DNA of 64,000 nt from Thermoplasmata archaeon (lineage in GTDB: Archaea; Thermoplasmatota; Thermoplasmata; Lutacidiplasmatales; UBA184): positions 4,198 through 68,197 of the forward strand of contig JBAUAJ010000035.1 of the NCBI GenBank assembly GCA_049675585.1, given 5' to 3'. Each line of letters opens with the position of its first letter. The first letter of the stretch is position 1. The translations under genes and the position numbers were made by a program. Of this stretch, positions 39,733 to 48,037 are shown piece by piece. The notes under the pieces were generated by a model. That model searched no databases, was not told the origin of the DNA, and saw only the letters and a list, made by a program, of their open reading frames with translations.

Positions 39733-40411
39733 TATCGCCCCGCTCGGGGCGCCGCTGCTCATCCTCAACCTGAAGACGTACCCGAACTGCCTCGGGGACG
39801 GCGCACGTACGATCGCCGCCACCCTCGAAAAGCTCGGTCGAGCGGCCGGCGTCTCGACCGCGATCGCTCCCGCCTTTCCGGATCTGGCCCGCGTGGCAGC
39901 CGAGGTCCCGATCCCGGTGCTCGCCCAGCATGTGGACCCGGTCGATCCCGGCGCGCGCACGGGATCGATACCGGCCGAGTCCGTTCAGGCGAGTGGGGCG
40001 CGCGGCAGTCTGCTCAACCACTCGGAGCATCCCCAGCTCGGACCGGACCTCGAGACAGCGGCCCAACGTTTGGAGGCGCTCGGGCTCGTCGCGGTGATCT
40101 GCGCAGGAACGATCGATCAAGCTCGCAACGTCGCCGCCCTGGAACCTGCCTACCTCGCGATCGAACCGCCCGAGCTGATCGGAGGGAAGCGCGCCGTTTC
40201 CACCGCGCGCCCGGAGGTCGTTTCGGGGACGGTCGAGGCGGTGCGCCGGGTCGCTCCGGCCACTCGGGTCCTCTGCGGAGCGGGAGTCCACGACCGGGGT
40301 GACGTGCGCCGAGCGATCGAGCTCGGCAGCGCGGGAGTGCTCGTGGCTAGCGCCGTGGCCCGAGCCCCGGATCCCCGAGCGGCGATCGCGGAGCTGCTCG
40401 CGGGATTCTGA
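39671..40411 (+). CDS. tpiA: Triosephosphate isomerase, archaeal type (start codon uncertain)
   Basis: LLILNLKTY, LLNHSEH, YLAIEPPELIGG and VLCGAGV align along the whole length with archaeal TIM as recalled. The conserved core begins near 39740, but the only in-frame ATG/GTG/TTG starts are at or before 39671. Confidence 0.85.
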   Translation: METSTRSAPGRSARKPPLPTDIAPLGAPLLILNLKTYPNCLGDGARTIAATLEKLGRAAGVSTAIAPAFPDLARVAAEVPIPVLAQHVDPVDPGARTGSIPAESVQASGARGSLLNHSEHPQLGPDLETAAQRLEALGLVAVICAGTIDQARNVAALEPAYLAIEPPELIGGKRAVSTARPEVVSGTVEAVRRVAPATRVLCGAGVHDRGDVRRAIELGSAGVLVASAVARAPDPRAAIAELLAGF

Positions 40412-40426
40412 ACGGTCGAGAGCCGT

Positions 40427-40591
40427 TCACCGGAGAACGACGACCCGGGCGTTCGCCCGGAGGTAGGCCGCCTTCCACACGGCGCCGAGTCGGGCGCTGA
40501 CCGCCCCGTCGGTGCGTCGCAGCGCCGGCTTCATCTGCCCTCGGCCGGTGGGCGCCAGAGTCGCCGAGCTCCCGAAGGGGGAATCGTCCAT
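40427..40591 (-). CDS. Possible small ORF (35-54 aa), function unknown
   Basis: The 3' part (MKPALRRTDGAVSARLGAVWKAAYLRANARVVVLR) has about 90% GC3 by hand count. It competes with an RGG-rich N-terminal extension of the + strand glycosyltransferase ORF. Confidence 0.3.
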   Translation of the reverse strand: MDDSPFGSSATLAPTGRGQMKPALRRTDGAVSARLGAVWKAAYLRANARVVVLR

Positions 40592-40823
40592 GAAGGAAAC
40601 CGAGGAAGGCCGTTCCCGATCTCGCGGCGGGAAGCCCTCCGTGCGCGGACGGCGTTCCGGACGGGGACGGGGTCGGCCCACTGTTCGACGAGAACGGCGG
40701 TCGGCGGCCTCGCGACCCGACTCTCTCGACCCGGGATCCGCCTCGTCTCCGACGATCGACCGCAGTCGAGGCAGCGGCGTTCGCACGGGAGGCTCACGGG
40801 GCGGCCGACCGCTCGAGATCGTC

Positions 40824-41966
40824 ATGGTCGGGTGGGAGTTCCCCCCGAGCCACACGGGCGGCCTCGGCGTGCACTGCTACGAGATCTGCCGAGAGGTCAC
40901 CAAGCTCGGCCATCGCGTGACGTTCCTGTCCCCATTCTCGGGTCCGTTCACGCCGGTCGCCGGGGTCACCTTCCGGCATCCAGGCGAAACGGTTCGAGGG
41001 AAGCCGCCGGAGTTCCCGGCCGCGTACTGGTCGGGAGAGCTCCCGGGGTCCCCGTTCGGGGACAGCATTGACGGCTACAACGCCTGGGTCGGTAGCCTCC
41101 GGCTCGACTCCACTCCCGACGTGGTGCACGTGCACGACTGGTTCGGAACCCGCGGCGCGGCGGCCCTGGCCCAGCGCCTCCGTGTCCCGCTGGTGATGAC
41201 GGTGCACTCGACGGAGTACGATCGTTCGCTCGGGCATCCGTGGGCCCACATCCTCGAGCGAGAACAGGTCGGGATCGACGCCGCGACCCGCGTGATCGCG
41301 GTCAGCCAGCACCTCAAGGCGCAGCTCGTGCAGCGCTACCGGGCCGACCCGAGGAAAGTGACGGTGATCTACAACGCGGTACGGCCGAGCGAGCGGCTCG
41401 CGGAGATCGACCCGAAGCGGAGGGTCGTCCTGTACGTCGGTCGGCTGGCGATCATGAAGGGGGTCGACACGTTCCTGCGGGCCGCCGCGGTCGTGGCTCC
41501 GGGGTTCGCCGACGTGCTGTTCGTGATCGCGGGCGAAGGACCCGAGTACGGACGGCTCGTGGAGCTCGCCGCGCGGCTCGGGATCGGCGAACGGGTGATG
41601 TTCCTCGGGAAGGTCACGGACGACGAACGAGAGCTGTTGCTCGCGGGGAGCTCCGTCTTCGTGCTCCCGTCGGTCGTCGAGCCGTTCGGGATCGCGGCGC
41701 TCGAAGCGATGGCGGCCGGGGTGCCCACGATCGTCTCGAAGACGAGCGGCGTGGCGGAGATCTCGAGCGGCACGTTCCGCGTCGACTTCTGGGACGTCGA
41801 TGAGTTCGGGAGCCGGATCGCGGAGCTGCTCGAGTACCCGACGCTCCGTCGCGCGATGGGAGAGCAGGGGCGCTGGGAGGCGCTGCGCGCCGGCTGGCCG
41901 GAGCGCGCCGTGGAGACGGTCGATGCCTACCGCGCGGCGATCGCCGGGGAGTCGTCGCGGGCGTGA
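40824..41966 (+). CDS. GT4/glycogen-synthase-like glycosyltransferase
   Basis: MVGWEFPPSHTGGLGVHCYE and EPFGIAALEAMAAGVPTIVS. An alternative start at ATG 40590 would add an Arg/Gly-rich 78-aa extension. Confidence 0.75.
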   Translation: MVGWEFPPSHTGGLGVHCYEICREVTKLGHRVTFLSPFSGPFTPVAGVTFRHPGETVRGKPPEFPAAYWSGELPGSPFGDSIDGYNAWVGSLRLDSTPDVVHVHDWFGTRGAAALAQRLRVPLVMTVHSTEYDRSLGHPWAHILEREQVGIDAATRVIAVSQHLKAQLVQRYRADPRKVTVIYNAVRPSERLAEIDPKRRVVLYVGRLAIMKGVDTFLRAAAVVAPGFADVLFVIAGEGPEYGRLVELAARLGIGERVMFLGKVTDDERELLLAGSSVFVLPSVVEPFGIAALEAMAAGVPTIVSKTSGVAEISSGTFRVDFWDVDEFGSRIAELLEYPTLRRAMGEQGRWEALRAGWPERAVETVDAYRAAIAGESSRA

Positions 41967-43156
41967 AGATCGTCCTCTACCTCCATCTCCACCAACCGTG
42001 GCGGCTCGCCCGGTTCCGGTACCTCGACCTCGGGAGCGGCCGCGCCTACTTCGACCTCGACCGCAATCTCTCGCTGTTCCGCGGGATCGCCGAACGGTGC
42101 TACCGCCCGGCGATGGACCGGCTGCTCGTCGCCCTCGAGCAACGTCCGGAGTTCCGGCTCAGCCTCTCGGTGACGGGCACGTTCGTCGAGCAGGCCCGAC
42201 TGGCGGCGCCGGATATCCTGGATCGGCTGCGCGCCCTCGTCCGGACGGGCCGCGTCGCGCTCGTCTCGGAGACGTACTACCATTCGCTCGCTTTCCTGCT
42301 CCCTCCCCCCGAGCTCTCCGAGGAAGTGGCGATGCATCGGGAGCTCTTGCGCACCGAGTTCGGGGTGGCGCCGAAGGTGCTGCGAATGACAGAGCTCGCG
42401 TACTCGGACGACCTCGCCCGGTTCGCCGAGTCCGAGAAGTTCCAGGGGATGTTGGCCGAGGGGTGGGAAGGGGCGCTGAAGGGCGAGCCGCCCACGTACC
42501 GATACTGCGCGGCGCCGGCGCCGACCGTGCGGTTGCTGCTTCGGCACTATCCGCTGAGCGACGACGTCGGATTCCGATTCTCGGCTCGAGGGTGGAGCGA
42601 GTTTCCGCTGACCGCCGACAAGTACGCCCGGTGGATCGCCGCCACGCCCGGAGACCTGGTCGGCCTCTTCATGGATTTCGAGACGCTCGGAGAGCATCAC
42701 CCGGCCTCGAGCGGGATCTTCGACTTCCTGAGCGCGCTGCCGGCCGAGGTCGGTCGCCACCCGGAGCTCGGCTGGGCGACCGTGGAAGAGGCGGTCGACG
42801 GACCGCCGCGCGCCCCCATCAGCGTCCCGTACACGATGAGCTGGGCCGACCAGCACCGCGACCTCGGCGCATGGCTCGGCAACGACCTGCAGCGCTCCGC
42901 ATTCGAGGCGGCGAAGAAAGTGGGGCAGATCGCCCGACAGACGGGGGACCGCGAGATCCTGACCGACTGGCGGCGGCTGCTCACCTCCGACCACTTCTAC
43001 TACATGTACGTGGCCGGTCACGGGGCCGATCAGGGAGTCCACCAGTACTTCTCGAGCTACGAGAGCCCGTACGACGCCTACGCGAATTACATGAATGCGC
43101 TGACCGACCTGCGTCGCCGGGCGCTCGAACGTCTCGGCGTGCCCACGTTGAAGTGA
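41963..43156 (+). CDS. Glycoside hydrolase family 57-like protein
   Basis: N-terminus MKIVLYLHLHQPWRL (GH57-type HxHQP). GTG 41963 overlaps the upstream stop (GTGA). Confidence 0.75.
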   Translation: MKIVLYLHLHQPWRLARFRYLDLGSGRAYFDLDRNLSLFRGIAERCYRPAMDRLLVALEQRPEFRLSLSVTGTFVEQARLAAPDILDRLRALVRTGRVALVSETYYHSLAFLLPPPELSEEVAMHRELLRTEFGVAPKVLRMTELAYSDDLARFAESEKFQGMLAEGWEGALKGEPPTYRYCAAPAPTVRLLLRHYPLSDDVGFRFSARGWSEFPLTADKYARWIAATPGDLVGLFMDFETLGEHHPASSGIFDFLSALPAEVGRHPELGWATVEEAVDGPPRAPISVPYTMSWADQHRDLGAWLGNDLQRSAFEAAKKVGQIARQTGDREILTDWRRLLTSDHFYYMYVAGHGADQGVHQYFSSYESPYDAYANYMNALTDLRRRALERLGVPTLK

Positions 43157-43238
43157 TCCACCGTGGCGCGCCGCCCGGACCGACGCCCCCCGACAACGGC
43201 AGAAAGAGGTCATAGGGCGAGGGCCGTTCCCGACTTCG

Positions 43239-43946
43239 ATGGCAACGCGTCGGCGCGGTCGCAGCGCGCCGAAATCGCCCCCGGCGCGGCGTTTCGACTT
43301 TCATTCCCACACGTACCTGACCGACGGGACGGAATCGGCGACCTCGATGTGGTGGGCGGCCTCGTACAAGGGCCATCGGGTACTCGCGATCACGGACCAT
43401 GTGGCCCTCGAGGACCCGCGCCGAGTTCTCGATCCGCTGCTCGCGGAGGCACGGGCGTTCGAGTCGGGACCGCTCGCGACCCTCGTCGGGGTCGAGATCA
43501 CGCTGGCGCCGCCCCGCTCCATCGCCCCGATCGCTCGGGAGGCCCGTCGGGCCGGCGCTCAGATCGTCATCGTGCATGGGGAAACGACGGCCGAACGGGT
43601 CCCCCTCGGCACGAATCGGGCCGCAATCGAATCGGGCCAGGTCGACCTACTGGCGCACCCCGGATTCCTCAGCGAATCGGACGCCGACCTCGCCGCAAAG
43701 AACGGAGTCGCGCTCGAACTCTCGGGTCGGTCGTTGCACGACCGAACGAACGGCCACGTCGCGCGGATCGCGCTGGCGGCGGGCGCGGACCTAGTCGTCG
43801 ATTCCGACGCTCACCGGCCCGACGACCTCCTCGACTACTCGATGGCCGAGCTGGTGGCGCGCGGCGCCGGCCTGACAGCACCCCAAGTCCAACGGGCGCT
43901 TCGCGACGCTCCGGCTCGATTGTACCGTCGGTGGACCCATCGCTAA
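43239..43946 (+). CDS. PHP-domain metal-dependent phosphoesterase
   Basis: FDFHSHTYLTDG, ITDHV, VHGET and DSDAH histidine/aspartate motifs. Confidence 0.65.
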   Translation: MATRRRGRSAPKSPPARRFDFHSHTYLTDGTESATSMWWAASYKGHRVLAITDHVALEDPRRVLDPLLAEARAFESGPLATLVGVEITLAPPRSIAPIAREARRAGAQIVIVHGETTAERVPLGTNRAAIESGQVDLLAHPGFLSESDADLAAKNGVALELSGRSLHDRTNGHVARIALAAGADLVVDSDAHRPDDLLDYSMAELVARGAGLTAPQVQRALRDAPARLYRRWTHR

Positions 43947-44057
43947 CGACAGTTCCGCTCGCGCTGCGGTTCTAACGAACCGTTAAAGACGGCCGGCGGC
44001 ACGCCCTATCCCCGTGGACCTCTCGCCGCCGGTGGACCGCCCGAAGGTGAGTTCCCG

Positions 44058-45926
44058 GTGATCACCCAGCTCGCCGGGAACGGACGGCTCCTACTGACCG
44101 TCAACGAGAACGGCGACTGGAACGAGCTGTTCTACCCGTACCCCGGGCAGTTCCAACAGCTTCGCGAGGCGCGACTCGGCCTCTACGACGTCGCGGCGTC
44201 GAAGTTCGGCTGGCTCCGGGGCGGCAACGGATACCAGGTGGCGCAGGTCCCGCACGGGGCCGGACATCTCCCGGAGTCGCTCTGGAACGCTCACGGGGTC
44301 ACGATCTCGGTCCGAGACCACGTTCACCCGAACCACGACCTCACCGCACGCGTCTTCCGGATCCGGTCCGACCCGCCCCGGCCGGTCCGGCTGTTCGCCT
44401 ACCACGCGTTCCAGATCGCGGAGTCGATGTACCAGGACACCGCGTACGTCGACCCGAGCGTCCCGTCCCTCGTGCACTACAAGCGGGGGTTCTTCTTCGA
44501 GTTCTTCTCCGATCCCCCCTTCACCCATGCGGTCTGCGGCGAGCACACCCTGAAGGGACTCCAGGGGACGTACGTCGACGCGGAGGACGGGCACCTGCAA
44601 GGTCGGCCCGTCGCTCACGGGGCCGCGGACAGCGTCATGCAGTGGGACGTTCCCCCCACGGTCGACGGGAAGGACGCCCAGATCCAGTTGTTCATGGCCG
44701 CCGGACGAAGCCTCCCCGCGGTCCACGAGATCCGGGACTACGTCCGACACGGCGGGCCGGACCGCTTCGTTCGCGAGTCGGAGCGGTTCTGGGAGACGTG
44801 GGTGGGCCGCCGACTCCCGCATCCCCCGGCCGATCTCAGCCCCCGCGCGCGGGAGCTGTACCGGGCCAGCGTGCTCGTGATGCGGCACTGCGCGGCCACC
44901 TCCGGCTCGATCATCGCCTCCCCCGACACCCGCTCGCTCGCGATGGCCGGGGACACGTACAACTACTGCTGGTGGCGCGACGGGGGGTACATCGCGAAGG
45001 CGATGGACGAGGCCGGCCTCTACGAGAACTCCGCGCAGTTCCTCGCGTTCGCCCAGCAGTGCCAGAATCCCGACGGCTCGTTCTTCCACCGGCACTTTCC
45101 CGACGGGGCGATCGGGAGCACCTGGCACCCGCCCCCGTTCCTCCAGATCGACCAGACCGCGACCGTCATCGCGGCGGCGTGGCACCACTTCAAGCGGGGT
45201 GGGGACCCCGACGTGCTCCTGCGGCACTGGCCCCTGGTCAAGGGGGCGGCGGCATTCCTAGAGGCGTTCCGGGACCCGTCCACGGGCCTCCCGGCGCCCA
45301 GCTACGACCTTTGGGAGGAGCGCCTCGGCATCCACACTTACTCTGCGGCCGCGGTGGCCCACGCGCTCGAGCGGGCCTCCCGGATCGCTTCCGAGATCGG
45401 AAAGGACCCGTCCGCCTGGAAGACCGCCGCCTCCGAAGTGCTCGCGGCCGCGCGATCCCATCTATGGGATCCCGAGATGGGACGGTTCCTCCGGTCGACG
45501 AGCCCCCGCGACGCGAAGTTGGACGCGTCGATCCTGCTCGGACTCAAGCTCGGCCTGCTTCCGTGGAACGACCCGCGCGCGAAGACGGTGGTCGACGGGA
45601 TCGAGAAACGCCTCTGGGTTCCGGGGATCGGTGGGCTGGCCCGGTACGAGGACGACGCCTACTACGGCCAGGAGAACCCGTGGATCGTCTGCACCCTCTG
45701 GCTGGCCGAGGCGCGTCTGCGCCTCGGCGACCGCAGTCGGTGCCGAGAGTTGATCGAGTGGGTCGCCGATCGAGCGACCCCAACGCGTCTCCTCCCGGAG
45801 CAGGTCGACCGGACGACCGGTGAGCCGAAGAGTGCCACCCCCCTCACCTGGTCGCACTCCACCTTCGTGGACGTCGTCCACAAGTACGCGGAGTCCGAAG
45901 GGCGCGGCGAGGTCACCGAAGAGTAG
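44058..45926 (+). CDS. GH15 glucoamylase-like glycoside hydrolase
   Basis: YNYCWWRDGGY, LWEERLG and NPWIVCTLWLAE. GGTGA lies 9 nt upstream of GTG 44058. Confidence 0.8.
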   Translation: MITQLAGNGRLLLTVNENGDWNELFYPYPGQFQQLREARLGLYDVAASKFGWLRGGNGYQVAQVPHGAGHLPESLWNAHGVTISVRDHVHPNHDLTARVFRIRSDPPRPVRLFAYHAFQIAESMYQDTAYVDPSVPSLVHYKRGFFFEFFSDPPFTHAVCGEHTLKGLQGTYVDAEDGHLQGRPVAHGAADSVMQWDVPPTVDGKDAQIQLFMAAGRSLPAVHEIRDYVRHGGPDRFVRESERFWETWVGRRLPHPPADLSPRARELYRASVLVMRHCAATSGSIIASPDTRSLAMAGDTYNYCWWRDGGYIAKAMDEAGLYENSAQFLAFAQQCQNPDGSFFHRHFPDGAIGSTWHPPPFLQIDQTATVIAAAWHHFKRGGDPDVLLRHWPLVKGAAAFLEAFRDPSTGLPAPSYDLWEERLGIHTYSAAAVAHALERASRIASEIGKDPSAWKTAASEVLAAARSHLWDPEMGRFLRSTSPRDAKLDASILLGLKLGLLPWNDPRAKTVVDGIEKRLWVPGIGGLARYEDDAYYGQENPWIVCTLWLAEARLRLGDRSRCRELIEWVADRATPTRLLPEQVDRTTGEPKSATPLTWSHSTFVDVVHKYAESEGRGEVTEE

Positions 45927-45962
45927 ACCCGCGGGAGACCGACACCGGATCTCCGGCGCCCG

Positions 45963-46826
45963 CTAGCCCGCCCGCGCGAGCAGCTCGCAGGCGTCGAACA
46001 GCGCTCGAGCGGCCCCCGGGTCTTGCGAGGCGACCGAACCGGACACGACACGACGATCGGAGAAATACCGGCCACTCACGCCGGCGGCCGATGGGTCGGC
46101 GGCGACGAACAGCGCGGTGTCGGCCCCCTGCGCGACGCTCCGCCCCGCCACCCATCCGGCGAACCGAACCGCCCCCGCGAAGAGTCCCCCATTATTCTGC
46201 GCGAATCGAGTTCGGACGAACCCGGGATGCACCGCGTTCACCGTGGGGCCCGCGCTCCCGAACCGCCGCGCGAACTCGCGGGTGAGCAGGATCGAGGCGA
46301 GCTTCGAGCGCCCGTACGCCCCCCAGCCCGAGTAATGTCTCTCCCCCTGTAGGTCCGACAGGTCGAGCCGCCGACCGCGGTGCGCCGCCGAGGCGATGTT
46401 CACGACCCGTCCCGAGCCGCTGGACCGAAGGGACGGCGCGAGGCGTTCCGTGAGGACGAACGGGGCGAGCACGTTGAGGGCGAACGTACGCTCGAGTCCT
46501 TCGGGGGTGACGTCCCGCCGAAAGAAGATCGCTCCCGCGTTGTTGACGAGCAGGTGGATCTTTGGATAGCGGCGAAGGAGCTCGTCGCACAGCGCCCGTT
46601 GGTCGGACTTCAGCGCGAGGTCGGAGACCCCGACGGAATCGACCCTTCGAGAATGGGCCGCTTCGGCGATCTCGCGAGCCGCAGTCGCCGCTCGCTCGGT
46701 CCCCCGCCCGACCACGACGGTAGTCGCTCCTCGGTGGGCCAGCCCAAGAGCTATCGCCCGGCCCAGGCCGGACGTCCCTCCGGTGACGACCGCGACCTGC
46801 CCGATCAACTCATCCGGCGCGCTCAT
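45963..46826 (-). CDS. Short-chain dehydrogenase/reductase
   Basis: VAVVTGGTSGLGRAIA (TGxxxGxG), NNAG and YGRSK (YxxxK). Confidence 0.8.
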   Translation of the reverse strand: MSAPDELIGQVAVVTGGTSGLGRAIALGLAHRGATTVVVGRGTERAATAAREIAEAAHSRRVDSVGVSDLALKSDQRALCDELLRRYPKIHLLVNNAGAIFFRRDVTPEGLERTFALNVLAPFVLTERLAPSLRSSGSGRVVNIASAAHRGRRLDLSDLQGERHYSGWGAYGRSKLASILLTREFARRFGSAGPTVNAVHPGFVRTRFAQNNGGLFAGAVRFAGWVAGRSVAQGADTALFVAADPSAAGVSGRYFSDRRVVSGSVASQDPGAARALFDACELLARAG

Positions 46827-46855
46827 CGAAACTCGTCTCGCCCCGAGGTCGGCTC

Positions 46856-47878
46856 TCAGACGATGCGGTACTCCCGCCGTCGGGAGTCGTGCAGGACGAT
46901 CGACTCCTTGACCAGTCCCTGATGCCGCAGGGACTCCAGCGCGCTCTGGACGGTGCGTCGCGGGAGTCGGGAGAGCTTGACGAGCTGACCCTGATCGAGC
47001 CCACGGTGCCGTTCGAGCAAGAAGAAGAGGAATTTCGCCGCGGGAGGGCCACCGATCTCCTTGCCTCGGGGGCTCGTCGCCGACGGACCGGCGGCGAGGC
47101 CGAGACGCTCCGTTGCGAGCTGGGCGACCGAGGAGATCGCCACCCCTCCGAGGTTGACGTCCTGACCGAGCTCCCTCAGGAGGTAGTTCTGCTGCGCCTC
47201 GAGCGGTGCCTCGAACAGGAGGTCGTCGTGGGGTCGGTCGTTGATGATGGCGCGTAGCCAGTCATACTTGATTCCGGTGTCCGCGTCGTAGATCCCGCCG
47301 GCCCGACCCCCTTCCGGAGCCGGCAGCGAGACCCGGCGTGGATTGTATCCTCGAGCTCGGCCGATCTGGGAAATCAGCTCTTGGAGGGAGAGCTGCTGCG
47401 TTGGGTCCCGTCCGCCGACCTCGATGACGAGCCCGAGACTGCGTGCGTTGACCGCTTTCGAGATCCTCTCAAGCTGGGCGTCCCCCGCGCTAGCAGGCCC
47501 GGCCGAGACCTCGATGATATCGAAACCCAGCGACTTCGCTTCGTCCAGGAACTGGGTGACCCGCTCCTGAACAGCGGCGTATTCCACCAGCTCACTGCTC
47601 GTCGATACATCGATCCCGACGTCGTGGTATCTCCGGATCCGGTCTTTCAGCCGATCGCGGGCTACCAAGAGGGGTAGCCCCCAGCCGATCCGGGCGACGT
47701 CGATGTACGGCGCTAGGGTGCCGAGCTCCTCCGCATGAAACCCCGACAGCCGGTCGAGTACCTCGGTGATCCCCCGCGCCCGCGGGCGGGTCACCCGAAC
47801 AACATCCGTGGGAAAGAACGGCCCTTTTGCGGTCCGACGTGCCGGTGTTGCCTCCACGAGGGTCGACTCCTGCGCCAA
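46856..47878 (-). CDS. Phosphosulfolactate synthase (ComA)-like domain fused to a C-terminal winged-helix domain
   Basis: GITEVLDRL, YIDVARIGWGLP, LGFDIIEVSAG and LLFEAPLEAQQNYLLRELGQDVNLGGVAISSVAQLATERLGL align with ComA (MJ0255) as recalled. The C-terminal LDQGQLVKLSRLPRRTVQSALESLRHQGLV is wHTH-like. TTG start. Confidence 0.65.
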   Translation of the reverse strand: MAQESTLVEATPARRTAKGPFFPTDVVRVTRPRARGITEVLDRLSGFHAEELGTLAPYIDVARIGWGLPLLVARDRLKDRIRRYHDVGIDVSTSSELVEYAAVQERVTQFLDEAKSLGFDIIEVSAGPASAGDAQLERISKAVNARSLGLVIEVGGRDPTQQLSLQELISQIGRARGYNPRRVSLPAPEGGRAGGIYDADTGIKYDWLRAIINDRPHDDLLFEAPLEAQQNYLLRELGQDVNLGGVAISSVAQLATERLGLAAGPSATSPRGKEIGGPPAAKFLFFLLERHRGLDQGQLVKLSRLPRRTVQSALESLRHQGLVKESIVLHDSRRREYRIV

Positions 47879-48037
47879 TTATGCGCCGGACCTAGCTCCG
47901 GCCGAGTATAAGGCTCCGCACCGCGAGGAGTTCGTGCGGTCCTGCCCCGGGGGGGACCCCTGGACTGAGCAAACGGTCGAGGTCGACCCCGCCGGGCGAG
48001 AGGCCAAACTTATTAGAAACGGCCCCTGCGCGCTCCG

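Noticed and set aside
41927-43213. 428-aa - strand ORF, 41800..43215 + (471 aa), 44091..45227 - and 48062..49534 -
   Set aside because: These are shadows of the GH57, GH15 and alkaline-phosphatase-family genes, all of which have clear family motifs in their own frames.
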